Shown here: piece by piece, positions 51,883-64,000 of the stretch
Layout of the letters: each line of letters starts with the position of its first letter
Position numbering within the stretch: the stretch's first letter is position 1
NCBI RefSeq assembly: GCF_963921235.1
Contig: NC_086108.1
Coordinates: 111,478,001-111,542,000 of the forward strand
Direction of reading: 5' to 3'
Origin: Mobula hypostoma
Lineage: Eukaryota
DNA length: 64,000 bases
Translations under genes and position numbers: made by a program
The notes under the pieces: model-generated
Database searches by the model: none
Told to the model about the DNA's origin: nothing
What the model saw: the letters and a program-made list of their open reading frames with translations, nothing else

Positions 51883-54467
51883 CTAATGTAAACAAAAGGT
51901 GGATTATATGTATCAATAATAAATAATTTGTAAACATGGAAACATTTAACAATGAGTAAGACTATACACAAAAGTCAACAGACTGGATCGCAAAAGTCTC
52001 TATTAGTATTGGTTTATTATTGACATTTTTCTCTTCTTCCCAGAAGATATAAATTCCACAAAGCACACGCCTACCACCAGCTCAAAGACAATTTCGACCC
52101 ACTGTTTTAAGAACAATAAATAGACCTTTTGTACGATTAGATCGACTCGATCTCACAATCTACCTCATTCTGATCTTACATTTTATTGTCTGCCTGCATA
52201 ACACTTCCAGAATATAGTAATACTATATTCTGTTGTTGTTAATAATAATATAATATTATAGTAATACTATATTCTGTTACTGTTTTCCCTTGTACTACCT
52301 CAATGCACCCTGAGGAGATGGGAACATACCCACCCTAGCATGTGTGGTCGGCTCCAACAGACTGGGCCGATGAGATCAACAGTAAGATCCAATGGCCAGG
52401 AAGGTAGTTCTGCATCGTTTTGTGGAGAGCAAAGGGCATGACAAGGTCATGGTCATCCACTGAAACAAAGCAAAGCCCCAGTTGTGAGGACTACTCGTAC
52501 CACTGGACCTAGACTTTGGAGGTCAAGAGAGCAGAATTGCTGCTGTGGAATGGCTTTTCCACTTTAAAAACTATTCCACACCGGTCCCCTGTCATTGGAT
52601 ATGATGAACAGCCAGTCACCTCAAAGCACTAATGTGATGAATTGATCTTATAGATGGCAAGTCAAACAAAGCTTTACACTGTACCTCAGCACACTCACCA
52701 GCAATAAACCATTTTACAAAGAGGAAAGCAAGTCTTTTCCCCCCCTAAACTCTCATGTTTTTGTTTTATTTGCAAGCTTTGTATTTTAATCAGCATGTTA
52801 TTTAACAACTTTATTTCTTTTTTTAAAAAAAAGTCTATGCTTTTATTTTTTGAAATCTCTTGAGATTCAGTGATAGTTTTCTTTAGATATTAACAGAAGG
52901 GAATGAGGATTAGTTCATGAAGGTTGTACAGAGGTGAAAGAACAGGAACAAGGGGCCAAATGATCTATTGCTGCTTCTAGATCGTATACTGTTATATTAC
53001 CATTGTTTCCATTCTATGCAATCTGCCCTACAGAGAACAGTAAAAACTGCCAAGACGATCACCAGCAGCCCCTCCTTTTTGTGATATTTACCAGGAGTGT
53101 TGCAGACCTAGGAGAAGGAAAGCTCTGATTTTAAACTTCTGCTGCGTTGCGGCCATACCCACCCAAGGGAAAGGCTTCAGGAGTAAACCCCGAGGAAAAA
53201 ATCCAGAGCCAGGGCCCCAAAGGCAGTTTGATGTTGTTTACAACTTCACGCTGGCAGCCACTGTGATGACACTGGTGCCAAACTGTATCGGCGCTTGCCC
53301 TTCCCTTGGACTACATCAGTGACGTGGAGAGGGGGAACCCGCTGCACGGGTGACAGCCGGTTCTTCAAATCTTCCCGTGCAGGCTTGCGCCCTGGAAAGG
53401 ACACAGTCCACCAGAGGCGCAAACCCATGATCCCTTGGGATCAAGAGCTGCCTACTGCAGACCAAGGGCCCAAAGCAATGTTGAGCATTCCTACCACCCA
53501 TCCCACAATCTCTTGGACCCACTACCATCAGGAAGGTGGCACAGGAGCATCAGGACTACTGGACTGGGTCAGTTTGTTCCCTTGCGCTGACAGACTAAGG
53601 AGTACCCTAGGGATATGTGCTTTCAGGTTGTTGTATACTAGACCACAAGACACAGGAGCAGAATCAAGCCATTCAGCGTATCATGTCTGCTCTGCTATTC
53701 AATCACAGCTGGGTACAGCTTCTTCCCTCAGACAGAGGCTAATGAATACTCTGCCACCACCAACATCTCAGCATTAGGACAGTGAGCTGTTTACCTGTGC
53801 TGTGCAGTACATGCATTTTGAATTATACTTTATTAACTTGCTGATGGTAACATTTTGGTTTATGTGCAGTGTGTGATGCATGTTTTGTGGGTGCTCTATG
53901 GTCTGGAGGAACATTGCTTTGTTTGGTTATATATATGTACAGTCAGATGACAGTGAATTTGAACTACCACCAAACACAAGCTATGCCATCGGGGTGGAGC
54001 CCAGTTACTCGTTAATCAGATGCTAACCCATGAACAGCTAGATAGTCTTCTTGCATCCACCCCAGGAAAAGGCAGTGGCCACAGATACCAATCTTCTCCA
54101 GCACAAACCATTTCTGTTCTGGTAAAAAGTCACTAGCTGGTCTTCGGAGAAAGTTGAAAATTGTGCTGTCTATGAATGAACACTGAAATCCGAGAGATTT
54201 CCATGTTAAGACTAGTTGTAGGTGGATATACAGTAACAAATGCCAATTGGTTTTATTGCTGAGCCAAACACAAAATACAGGCTTCAGCATGTCACATTCC
54301 TGTGGCACTCCAAAAGATGGCAACAAAAGCCAATGTAAGTTTTAAGAATTGATTTTTATTTCACTAAATTATTTAGATTTATTACGTGTCACATACACAT
54401 CAAAACAGTGAAATGTTTGTCTCAATAATCAATACTATCTGAGGATGTGCTGGAGGCAGCCCTGTAA

Positions 54468-55050
54468 AGGCTGATTTATACTTCTACATCAAATGTATGC
54501 CATAGGTATGCGTAGCCGCATACACTATGCTGTACTCTACGCCGAACCCTACGCCGTATCCTAACGTGCACCTCTCCCAAAATGTAACTACTCGTCGCGG
54601 TGAAGCAGACAAACAACTGTGACTGGTCCGCTTGGTAGCATCGCATTTCCTCCTACGCTGCAATAGCTTCCCATTGGGCGACTGAAGGGCAGGGAAGGAA
54701 CTCTGGCTGCAATGTTTTCCATAAAGCTTTACAGACCTCCGAAATTATGGAGGACCCTGTGCTTGACACCAGTTTGTAGCTAGCTGCTACAGCCTGTTGA
54801 CCTTCACCTGAAGCTAAAATCCGAATGGTGATTGCCAGTCTCTGAGTATACTGTGTGTACACTGATGCGAAATAAATGGTTGAAGACGATGAACCAAATC
54901 ATCAAATCTACCTGCTGACATCCGAAAATACGTGAAATGCATTTCCTCGCCCATGTCTCTCAGTGGCCGGACAAGCACAGAAAATTCACCCTCCTTCAGT
55001 TTCAGTCACCATTGTTTGAAGTTTGAGTTTCTTTGTGTTGAGTTTCACTT
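54468..55050 (-). mobile_element. PIF/Harbinger DNA transposon remnant (transposase fragment plus one terminus)
   Basis: [54 protein letters not shown] and upstream [15 protein letters not shown] are typical of Harbinger transposases. Terminus aggctgatttatac is preceded by TAA (54465-54467). Confidence 0.75.
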
Positions 55051-55054
55051 GATA

Positions 55055-55960
55055 TCTCTTGATTTTTGGATTTCCTCCCCATTTAGAAAATAGTCTCCAC
55101 ATTTACTTCTACTACCAAAGTGTATGACCATGCATTTTTCCAACGTTGTATTTTGTTTGCTACTCTCTTGCCCATTCTCCTAATCTGTCTAAGTCCTTCT
55201 GCAGCCTACCCATTTCCTCAAAACTACTTGCACGACAACTAATCTTCGTATCATCTGCAAACTTGGCAACAAAGCCATCTATTCCATCATTTAAATCACT
55301 GAAATACAGCAGAAAAGGAAGTGGTCCCAACATCAACCCCTGCGGAACACCACTAGTCACTGGCAGCCAACCAGAAAAGGACCCTTTTAACCCCATTTGC
55401 TCCCTCCTACCAATCAGCCAATGTTCTAACCATGCCAGTAACTTTCCTGTAATACCACAAGCTCTTAACTTGGTAAACCACCTCATCAGTGGCACCTCGT
55501 CAAAGGCCTTCTGAAAGTCCAAATGTACAACATCCACTGTATCCCATTTATCGAACTTACTTGAAATCTCCTCCAAAAATTCCCACAGGTTTGTCAGGCT
55601 TGGTTTTCCCTTAAGGAAACCTTGCTGATTTTGTCCTATCTTGTCCTGTGTCACCAAGTACTCCATAACCTCATCCGTAACAATAGACTGCAACATCTTC
55701 CCAACCACTGAGGTCAGACTAACTGGTCTACAAGTTTCTTTCTGTTGCCTTCCTCCTTTCTTAAAGAGTGGAGTGACATTTGTAATTTTCCAGTCTTCTG
55801 TCACATTGCCAGAGTCCAATGATTTTTGAAAGATCATTACCAGTGCTTCCACAATCTCTACCACCACTTTTTTCAGAACCCCAAGGTGTAGTTCTTTTAG
55901 CTTTTTGAGCACTTTCTCCCTTGTAATAGTAACTTCACTCACTTCTCCTCCTTCACGGAC
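55055..55960 (-). mobile_element. CR1 LINE RT fragment (more 5' CR1 sequence at ~57735-58470)
   Basis: ORF 55160..55942 (DFQKAFDEV, SGVPQGLMLGP, KFADDTK). ORFs 57578..57784 and 57940..58125 carry SDHN and YRPP endonuclease motifs. Confidence 0.85.
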
Positions 55961-55965
55961 AACAT

Positions 55966-57000
55966 CTTTATACTTTATACTTTATTGTCACCAAACAATT
56001 GATACTAGAATGTACAATCATCACAGCGATATTTGATTCTGCGCTTCCAGCTCCCTGGAGTACAAATCAATAGTAAATATTAAAAATTTAAATAATAAAT
56101 CATAAATAGAAAATAGAAAAATGGAAAGTAAGGTTGTGCGCAAAAAAAAACCCGAGAGACAGGTCCGAATATTTGGAGGGTACGGCCCAGATCTGGGTCA
56201 GGAACTGTACAGTCTTATCACGGTTGGAAAGAAGCTGTTCCCAAATCTGGCCGTACGAGTCTTCAAGCTCCTGAGCCTTCTCCCAGAGGGAAGAGGGATG
56301 AAAAGTGTGTTGGCTGGGTGGGTCGTGTCCTTGATTATCCTGGCAACACTGATCCGACAGCGTGCGATGTAAAGTGAGTCCACGGACGGAAGATTGGTTT
56401 GTGTGATGTGCTGCGCCGTGTTCACGATCTTCTGCAGCTTCTTTCGGTCTTGGACAGGACAACTTCCATACCAGGTTATGGTGCACCCTAGAAGAATGCT
56501 TTCTACGGTGCACCTATAAAAATTAGTGAGGGTTTTAGGGGACAGGCCAAATTTCTTTAGTTTTCTCAGGAAGTAAAGGCGCTGGTGGGCCTTCTTGGCA
56601 GTGAACTCTGCTTGGTTGGACCAAGTCAGGTCATTTGTGATATTGACTCCGAGGAACTTAAAGCTTTTGACCTGCTCCACTTGCGCACCACCGATGTAAA
56701 TTGGGTCGTGCGGTCCGCTACGCCTTCTGAAGTCAACAACCAATTCCTTCGTCTTGCTGACGTTGAGGGATGGGTTATTGTCTTCGCACCATGCCATCAG
56801 GTTCTTAATTTCCTCTCTGTACTCAAACTCATCATTACCCAAGATACGGCCTACAATTGTTGTGTCATCAGCAAACTTATATATTGAGTTCAATGGAAAC
56901 TTGGCTACACAATCATGGGTGTAAAGTGATTGCAGCAGGGGACTGAGCACACAGCCTTGTGGGGCACCGGTGCTCAGAGTGATTGTAGAGGAGAGCTTGT
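55966..57000 (-). mobile_element. Rex1/Babar-like non-LTR retrotransposon, 5'-truncated, 280 aa RT C-terminal ORF
   Basis: STGAPQGCVLSPLL..YTHDC..KFADDTTIVG, LNVSKTKELVVDFRR and FYRCTVESIL. 3' tail (tataaag)n at 55966-55985. Confidence 0.85.
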
Positions 57001-59666
57001 CCTGTCCTGTCCTGCAACACAGACCATCATAGGAAGTCATTCCTGCCTGTGGCCATCAAACTTTACAACTCCTCCCTTGGAGGGTCAGACACCCTGAGCC
57101 AATAGGCTGGTCCTGGACTTATTTCCTGGCATAATTTACATATTACTATTTAACTATTTATGGTTTTATTACTATTTATAATTTATGGTGCAACCATAAC
57201 GAAAACCAATTTCCCCCGGGATCAATAAGGTATGACTATGACTATGTGATTGAGACAGGACGCCAGTTATTCAGGTATGTTATCTTGGTCTTTTTTGGTA
57301 CAGGGACAATGGTGGATAATTTGAAGCAGGAGGGCACTCTGCACTGGGAGAGGGAGATATTAAAAATGTCCATAAACACACAGTTGCCAGTTGTGCTGTG
57401 CACATCCTGAGTACTTGCCCTGGGGTGCCGTCCAGTCCCGCAGCCTCGTGACTGTCCACTTGTTGGAAACATCTGTGTACCTCAGCCTCAGGGATGTCCA
57501 GGTTGCAGGTTGTAGCGGTGGCTTTCCCCGGAGGCTCAGGGTTAGTGACATCGAACCAAGCGTAAAAGTTATTGAGCTCAGCTGGGAGAGGCCGCGATGT
57601 TGGCAGCACAACATTTGGCTTTGAAGTCTGCGATGGTATGCAGCCCTCGCCACAAGTCACGTGTGCTATTCGTTCTGAATCTTGACTCAGTCTTGTCCCT
57701 ATATTGTTGTTTTGCAGCCTTGATGGCTTTGCGCAGATCAAATTTCAAGTTGACCTCGATCATATTGTGATCACTGGCTCCCATGGGCTTTTTCCCTTAG
57801 GCTAGGTTCCATAATCATCTCTAGTTCATTACATAGCTGATCCCTTAGTAAGCTCAATGACAAACTGCTCTAAAAAGCCATCTCATGAGCATTCAGCAAA
57901 CTCTCTCGAGATCCATTCCCAACCTGATTTTCTCTAATGTTAAAATCTCCCATGACTATCATAACATTGCCCTTCTGGCACGCCTTCTCTATTTCCCATT
58001 GTAATCTGTGGTTCACATCCCAGCAACAGTTGGGAGGGAGGCCTGTATATAACTGCCATCAGGATCCTTTTACCCTTGCAGTTTCTTAAATCCATACACA
58101 AAGACTTAACATCTTCCAATCCCAAGTCACATCTTTGATTTGATGCTATTCTTTACCAGCAGAGCCATGCCACCCCCTCTGCTACGTTCGTATCCCTCCG
58201 ATACAACATGTAACCTTGGACATTCAGTTCCCAGCTGCAACCATCCTTCAGCCATGATTCATTGATGCCACAACATACCTGACAATCTGTAATAGTGCAT
58301 CAAGATCATCCGCATTTCTTAATAGTTCGTGCACTGAGATACAAGACTTTGAGTACTGTATTAGCTACCCTTTTTGATTTTGCATCCCTAATGTATTGAT
58401 ACTCACCATGCTGGTTGCACTTTTGTCCCATCATTTGCTTGTCTTTCCTGAGAGTCTAACTGCACGCTATTATGTAGTGAAAATCCTTGTAGGAAAGTGA
58501 AGGGAGCATCAGAGAAGGGATTTCTTTGGAACTATTTGTGAATTGGAATCACTCTATTTGATTCCAGATTGCTTATTGCCTATTTAGAAATGAGGAAACT
58601 TCTTAATGCCCAAGTCAAAAGAAGTGAAGTCAAAAACAAACACTGGCGAGGATGGAAACACTGAAAAAAAAAAAGAGGTGCTCGAAATACTGGCCCCCAA
58701 CCTCAAGTGTTATCAGCATTTTTCTTCCTACCAAAGTGTCCTGAACTGCGGCGTATTTCCAGCATGTCCTGATGAAGGGCCTCAGCCCAAAACTTAGACC
58801 GAGTTCTTCCAACATTCTGTGTGTGTGTTGCTCTGGATTTCCAGCATCCACAGAATCTTGTTTATGATTTCTAGCATGTTCTATTTCACACCAAACATGG
58901 AACAGTACAGAACTTACTGTGCTGTACTTAACATACTGTAGATCAGTCTAAACCATTCCCTCCTAAATAATCCTCCATTTTTCATTTATCCATCAATCTA
59001 AGAGTCTCTAAAATGTCCTGCTGAAGGGTTTTGGCCTGAAAGGTTGACTGTACTCTTTTCTATTGATGCTGCCTGGCCTGCTGAGTTCCTCCAGCATTTT
59101 GTACGTTGCTCAGATCTCCAGCATCTGCAGATTTGTGATTGTCTTAAATATCTGCTCTACCACCACCCTGGAAGCATGATCTATGCACCCAGGACTGTGT
59201 TTAAAAAAAAAAAACTACCTCTCACATCCTCCTATACTTTCCTCCATTCACCTGAAAATATATTAGGTATTTCTGCCCCGGGAAAAATTCTCTGGATGTC
59301 CAATCTATCAGTGTCTCTCATCTTCTTGTACACCTAAAGTTGAGGGATTATGATTCAGATTTATTAATTGAACTAGATAGGCCAAACAACCTGTTGCAGT
59401 GCTGTAGTGTTCTACGACTCTATGAAACAGTGAAATGTTTTTGCGTCAACAACCAACACACCCAAGGATGTAATGGGGGCAGCCCACAACTGTCATCACA
59501 TATTGGGGTACCAACATGGCAAGTCCATAATTAACTCACACATATCCGCAAAACCAATTCAGACAAAAGTTATAGATTTCCATTCCAAATAAAGCAGAAG
59601 CTGTACTCAAGATTATCAGGAAAAGGAACAAGCCACATTGTTCTCTTTATCTTTAGCCACACTTAC

Positions 59667-59802
59667 ACAGCTTCTTGTCTTTCTTGTCCATTACAAGCTG
59701 GTGTAACCGTTCTTTCAGCTTGTTGTATTCTCGTTCCTTTCTCTTCAGGTCATGGTTGTACTGAGTTGCACGGCTTGCTATTATATTTTGCAACTTTTGA
59801 AT
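59667..59802 (-). CDS. SSX2IP: SSX2IP/ADIP internal coding exon (first visible): [45 protein letters not shown]
   Basis: Manual translation closely matches vertebrate SSX2IP as recalled ([44 protein letters not shown]). Acceptor ttttcag, donor gtaagt, 136 nt, phase 0 to 1. Confidence 0.95.
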
Positions 59803-60659
59803 CTGAAAAGGGATAAAATCTGATCAACTTGCAATAATATTTATACTCAAAGAAAATGGCTAGACTTCTGCTGTGATAAAGTACCAATACAAAAAATTAA
59901 AGTGTAAAATTTAAAGCTAAACACAACTCAAAGTACTTACAAATTTAAAATATGGCATATTATTATATACATTTTAACCATTATAGATGGTTGTTGCTTC
60001 TGTGTGTTACGTTCTGAAAATGTTGTGAGGGGGCATTCTGGGTAGATAACTTACAAAATAAATAGCAGCACGTTGTTCCTCACCTCTCCATCTTTCATGT
60101 GTGCTATTCAAGGCCATCCGGCTTCACAGTACCACAACCATAACGTGTGGATCAGCAACTTTCACGGTGGAATCATTATTACCCTTCAACCATCAGGCTC
60201 CTGAGCCAGCGTGGGTAACTTCACTTACACTGAACTGATTCCACAACCTATGGATTCACTTTCAAGGACTCTAGAACTCACAGTTCAGTATTATTTACTG
60301 ATCTAATTATTTAATTTTAACTTGCACAGTTTGCCTTTTGAACAATGGTCGTTTGTCAGACTTTGTGTATAGTTTTTCCATTGATTCTACTGTATTTCTT
60401 TGTTCTACTATGAATGCCTGTAAGAAAATGAATCTGAAGGTTGTATCTGATGACAGATAAGTACATTGATAATAATTTTACTTTGAATGAGATCACACAT
60501 TTTTCAGTTTAACAAACACACCATGGGCTCCAACTTGGTCAAGTTGTTTGCTGTGAAAAACCTGCAACCTGCAGGAGGAACTCAACAGGTTGAGCATAAT
60601 CAGTGGGAGGAAAGAAATTGCAGGAATACTTTCTTACCCCATCCCTAATTTATTTATTT

Positions 60660-60965
60660 ATTAAAAATGTCTCTCTTTCCCTCTCACAATAACTCCTTGC
60701 CTGTTCTCCATCTTCTTCTGGCACTCCTTCCCCCTTTCTTTTTTCCAAGGCCTTCCATCCCATGACCCTTCCCTTTCTCCAGCCTTGTATCCCTTTTGCC
60801 ACTCAACTTCCCAGCTCTTGGTTTCATCCCTCCCCCTCTCAAATCTCTTACTATCTCTTCTTTCAGTTAGTCCTGACGAAGGGTCTCGACCCAAAATGTC
60901 GACTGTACTTCTTCCTATAGATGCTGCCTGGCCTGCTGCGTTCCACCAGCATTTTGTGTGTGTTG
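60660..60965 (+). mobile_element. Penelope-like terminal-repeat fragment
   Basis: Pyrimidine-rich tract plus agtcctgacgaagggtctcgacccaaaatgtcgact (degenerate hammerhead), as in the 28100-28500 arm. Confidence 0.75.
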
Positions 60966-63406
60966 CCGGAATAAAGGGGGTTTTAACTTGAAACTCTTGA
61001 CAATTCCTTTTCTCCCCACAGATGCTGCTTGACCCATTGGGTTCCTCCAGCAGATTGGAGCACCAGCTTTCAGCAGTTTCTTCACATCATTTTTATTCTG
61101 GAGATCACTTAATATCATGCACCAATTTGAGAAAAATGTTTCAAATGCAAAAAGAGGTACAGATCCTGCAAAAGATAATACTGAAAAATAACATTATGTC
61201 ACGTTTACATCAGGACAAGAAGTTGGTCTGATTTTAACATTTACAAGTTCACTCAGAACAGCCACAGGCAGGTCAAGGTCAAAGTTATTAACGAAACACA
61301 TGCATGTCACCATATACTACCTTCAGATTCTTTTTTTTGCAAGATTCACAGATAAAAAATACAAGAAGAATTTATGAAAACTATAAATAACAAAGACTTA
61401 CAAACAACCAATGTGCAAAAGACAAAACAAATCATGCAAATAATGAAAGTAAATAAATAATATTGAGTAATGAGTTGTAGAGTCCATGTAAGTGTGACTA
61501 TAGATTGTAGAATCAGTTCATTGCTGTGGTGAGTAAAAATGAATTGCTGAAGAGATTTTGAACTAAGTGACAAACTGCTTTTACTAATATTGTATTTTCC
61601 AGAAAATATCAGATTCAAGAATGTTATCAAAGAACATACAAATTGTACAACCTCAAGTTTTGTTTGCTCACAGGCAGCCACAAAGCAGGAAAGCTGAAAA
61701 AACCAATTAAAGTAAAAAGAGAATAAAAATAAAAATAAAAGACCAACACTTGATACTCAAAAGAAAAACAAATTATGCAAGCAATTGAAGTGAACAACAG
61801 TGTTCTGAACTAAAATTGAGCCCTCAGATCCGAACCCTGGAGCAACCCAGAGTAGGCCCAAAGCCTCGCTTATCAGTTTATCATATTAGCGGGCACGGAG
61901 CACGACAACCAGCGCAGTCTTCATAGCCCCAGGCACCATGGAGATGACATGGCGGAGAGTGAGAGAAAGCGGCCCTTGCCTCGAAACCTGACACCCTATC
62001 TTTTTATTCCATCTGAAAAAAGCTCTGGATCTGGAGAGAAGAGTGAACATCGTGGAGAGCAAGGAAAATTGTTTTTTGACTGATCTGGGCCAGTGTTAAA
62101 AGAAGTCTAAACAGCAGATCGCATCTCACACCAGGACCTAAGCACTGCTGCTGCACAAGGTTCCAGGCCTAGACCACACAGCCCAGTGACTCACTCCGGG
62201 CCCAGATTTCATCTTCCAGCCTGAAGCTGCTGGCAAGCTCTTCAAATCAGCTTGGCAGCTAGAGCAATTCAACCTCGCACCAGGGCCAGTCGTATGGACA
62301 CTAAATCCCCTCTGCCCAGGCCCCGACTTCTCACTTTGATGCCCAGAACAATCCAATCTCGTTCCTGGGCTAGTTGTATGGGTATTAGAACTCCATCTGC
62401 AACACAGCATCTCAGCTCATCCCCTGAATTTGCCTCACCATCACTCACCCCTTCACAGTTTGTGGTAATAATTTAACACAACTTGCCTCAGAAAAGGGTA
62501 TTTTTTGTGATGTTTCTAAGTCTGATTTCTTAGATTACATTGGTACCGCCATCTTAACTGTCAGTTGTATTAAAAACTAAATAGCAATTATTAATTAGAT
62601 CAAAATACAGAAATTATCAGTGTACACCTAAGTCTCACAATGAAGATGGTAAGCTGATTATTAGAGGATATTGGCTGAAGGTTAGAAGAAATGTTTGTTC
62701 TTCAAGTAGCAACAGAAGTTAATTACAGCAATGACCTACAGATTCTGTTAGAGCATTGCAACTAAACCTGGCTGCCTATACTAATGTCAACTTCAGATCA
62801 ACTGCAAGTTACGTTAGGAAGTAAAAGACTCTCACAAAAACATTCATATCAGGAGACACATTCCATTCACTAGTCCCCAAAATATAGAGTTCTAGCTGTG
62901 CATTACAAATATTTTCTTCTTTGAAAGTGAGCCACATGAGGTACAAAAGGCTTGATCATCTCTGCTTGAACTAAGGAAACCTCAAATGTTCATCAACTTG
63001 CTGAAAGAATAATGAGATTGTCAAATTCTGCTGTAAGTTCTTGACCAAAAGGAATGCAAGACAAAAATGGGAATTGGGAAAGGCATTCTGTTTTACTTGA
63101 AGACAGACGACTCAGGCATTTACCTCCTCCTTTTCATTCTTTAGTAAATTGTGCAAAGCTCGGTTCTTCAACTGTAGCTGTCTGTCCTTCTCTTGAAATG
63201 ATACAACCTCTCTCCGGGAGGACTCTAGCTGATCCTAAACAGATTCAATTATATTAAAATACAACGATCACCATCGCTTGAATAATTCATACTCTTTACA
63301 CAGCAATGTCTAACAAAGTCCATTCATCCACAAACTAGTGCGTCAGTTCACACCTACTAAATACACAGACTAAAGTGAGGGAGCATACTGAAGGGACTGA
63401 AGGTTA

Positions 63407-64000
63407 TGTAATGCCCTGGTAAAGATTTCACTGCTAACGTTGCAGGGTGGTTCATGTAATGGTCTTTCTGTAGAAGCAGGGTCTGGGTTATTGTTAAAGA
63501 CAATAGGTGCTGAAGAATGCGAGCCATCCAATCAGGAAAGAAGGCTGGGAGAGCAGGGGGGCTTTTGTGCGTGACACCAGTGTGAGCCTTTTTCTTTGTT
63601 CGGCGGGAGATGCTGGAAAGAACGGTCACAGGACACAATCTGTTGGGCACTGTGATTTGATGGAGCAAGGTGCGAGAGTCTACTGAGGATTGGTGAACAT
63701 GACTTTTGGAAGAATTGAGCTCCAACTTGTGCGCATTTGACTGTTTAATTATAATGGGCCCTTGTTTTTCTCCCTCTTTTCTTTTTTTTAATATACATAC
63801 ATATATACATATACATATACACGCATACAGCCCAAGAACAGCGAGTCTTTCAGCACCAAGTGAGGGCCAACGAGCCATTTCCTGACATGCCGGAGAAGAA
63901 AGGAGGTTTACTGTGGGGGTGGGGGGGGGTGGAATCATCCCAGATTGATTCTGTTGGATGCTGAGTGATTGCCCTAAGCATTGATCAAGTGGGTTGTGTT
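63407..64000 (+). repeat. LTR-like repeat beginning TGTAA (related copy ends at 3132 on the - strand)
   Basis: tgtaatgccctggtaaagatttcactgctaa..tgtaatggtctttctgtag resembles the reverse complement of ~3075-3132. No internal retroviral genes seen. Confidence 0.4.

Noticed and set aside
60915..61118. ORF with LQNKNDVKKLLK as the next upstream SSX2IP exon
   Set aside because: Only superficial similarity, no suitable splice sites, and it runs into Penelope repeat sequence.
63357..63938. 193 aa minus-strand ORF
   Set aside because: Low-complexity, overlaps an LTR-like repeat and microsatellite, and shows no recognisable domain.

Overview
Eukaryotic (vertebrate) genomic DNA. The repeat mix (CR1, Rex1-like, Penelope-like elements, V-domain SINEs) suggests a cartilaginous fish such as a ray; this is inference. 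One host gene is clear: the 3' part of SSX2IP (ADIP, afadin- and alpha-actinin-binding protein) on the minus strand. Nine coding exons run from 59802 down to a stop at 19430-19432, all with GT-AG boundaries and consistent splice phases; the 5' exons lie beyond the window. Most of the remaining sequence is decayed and often nested mobile DNA. The most striking structure is a set of four fold-back (inverted) Penelope-like insertions of about 0.25, 0.25, 1.5 and 4.2 kb. They share one architecture: 10-14 bp target-site duplications, a ~32-41 nt tail on one arm only, and a minimal type I hammerhead ribozyme motif in each arm. The two smallest are near-perfect ~96-98 bp-arm palindromes that turn a few bases upstream of the ribozyme core. 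Also noted: a short RTE-derived element with an HDV-like ribozyme-shaped 5' end, a tandem CTCF-like site split by a Penelope insertion, and a Harbinger transposase remnant. All family assignments come from motif recognition, not database searches, and repeat boundaries are approximate unless a TSD is given.
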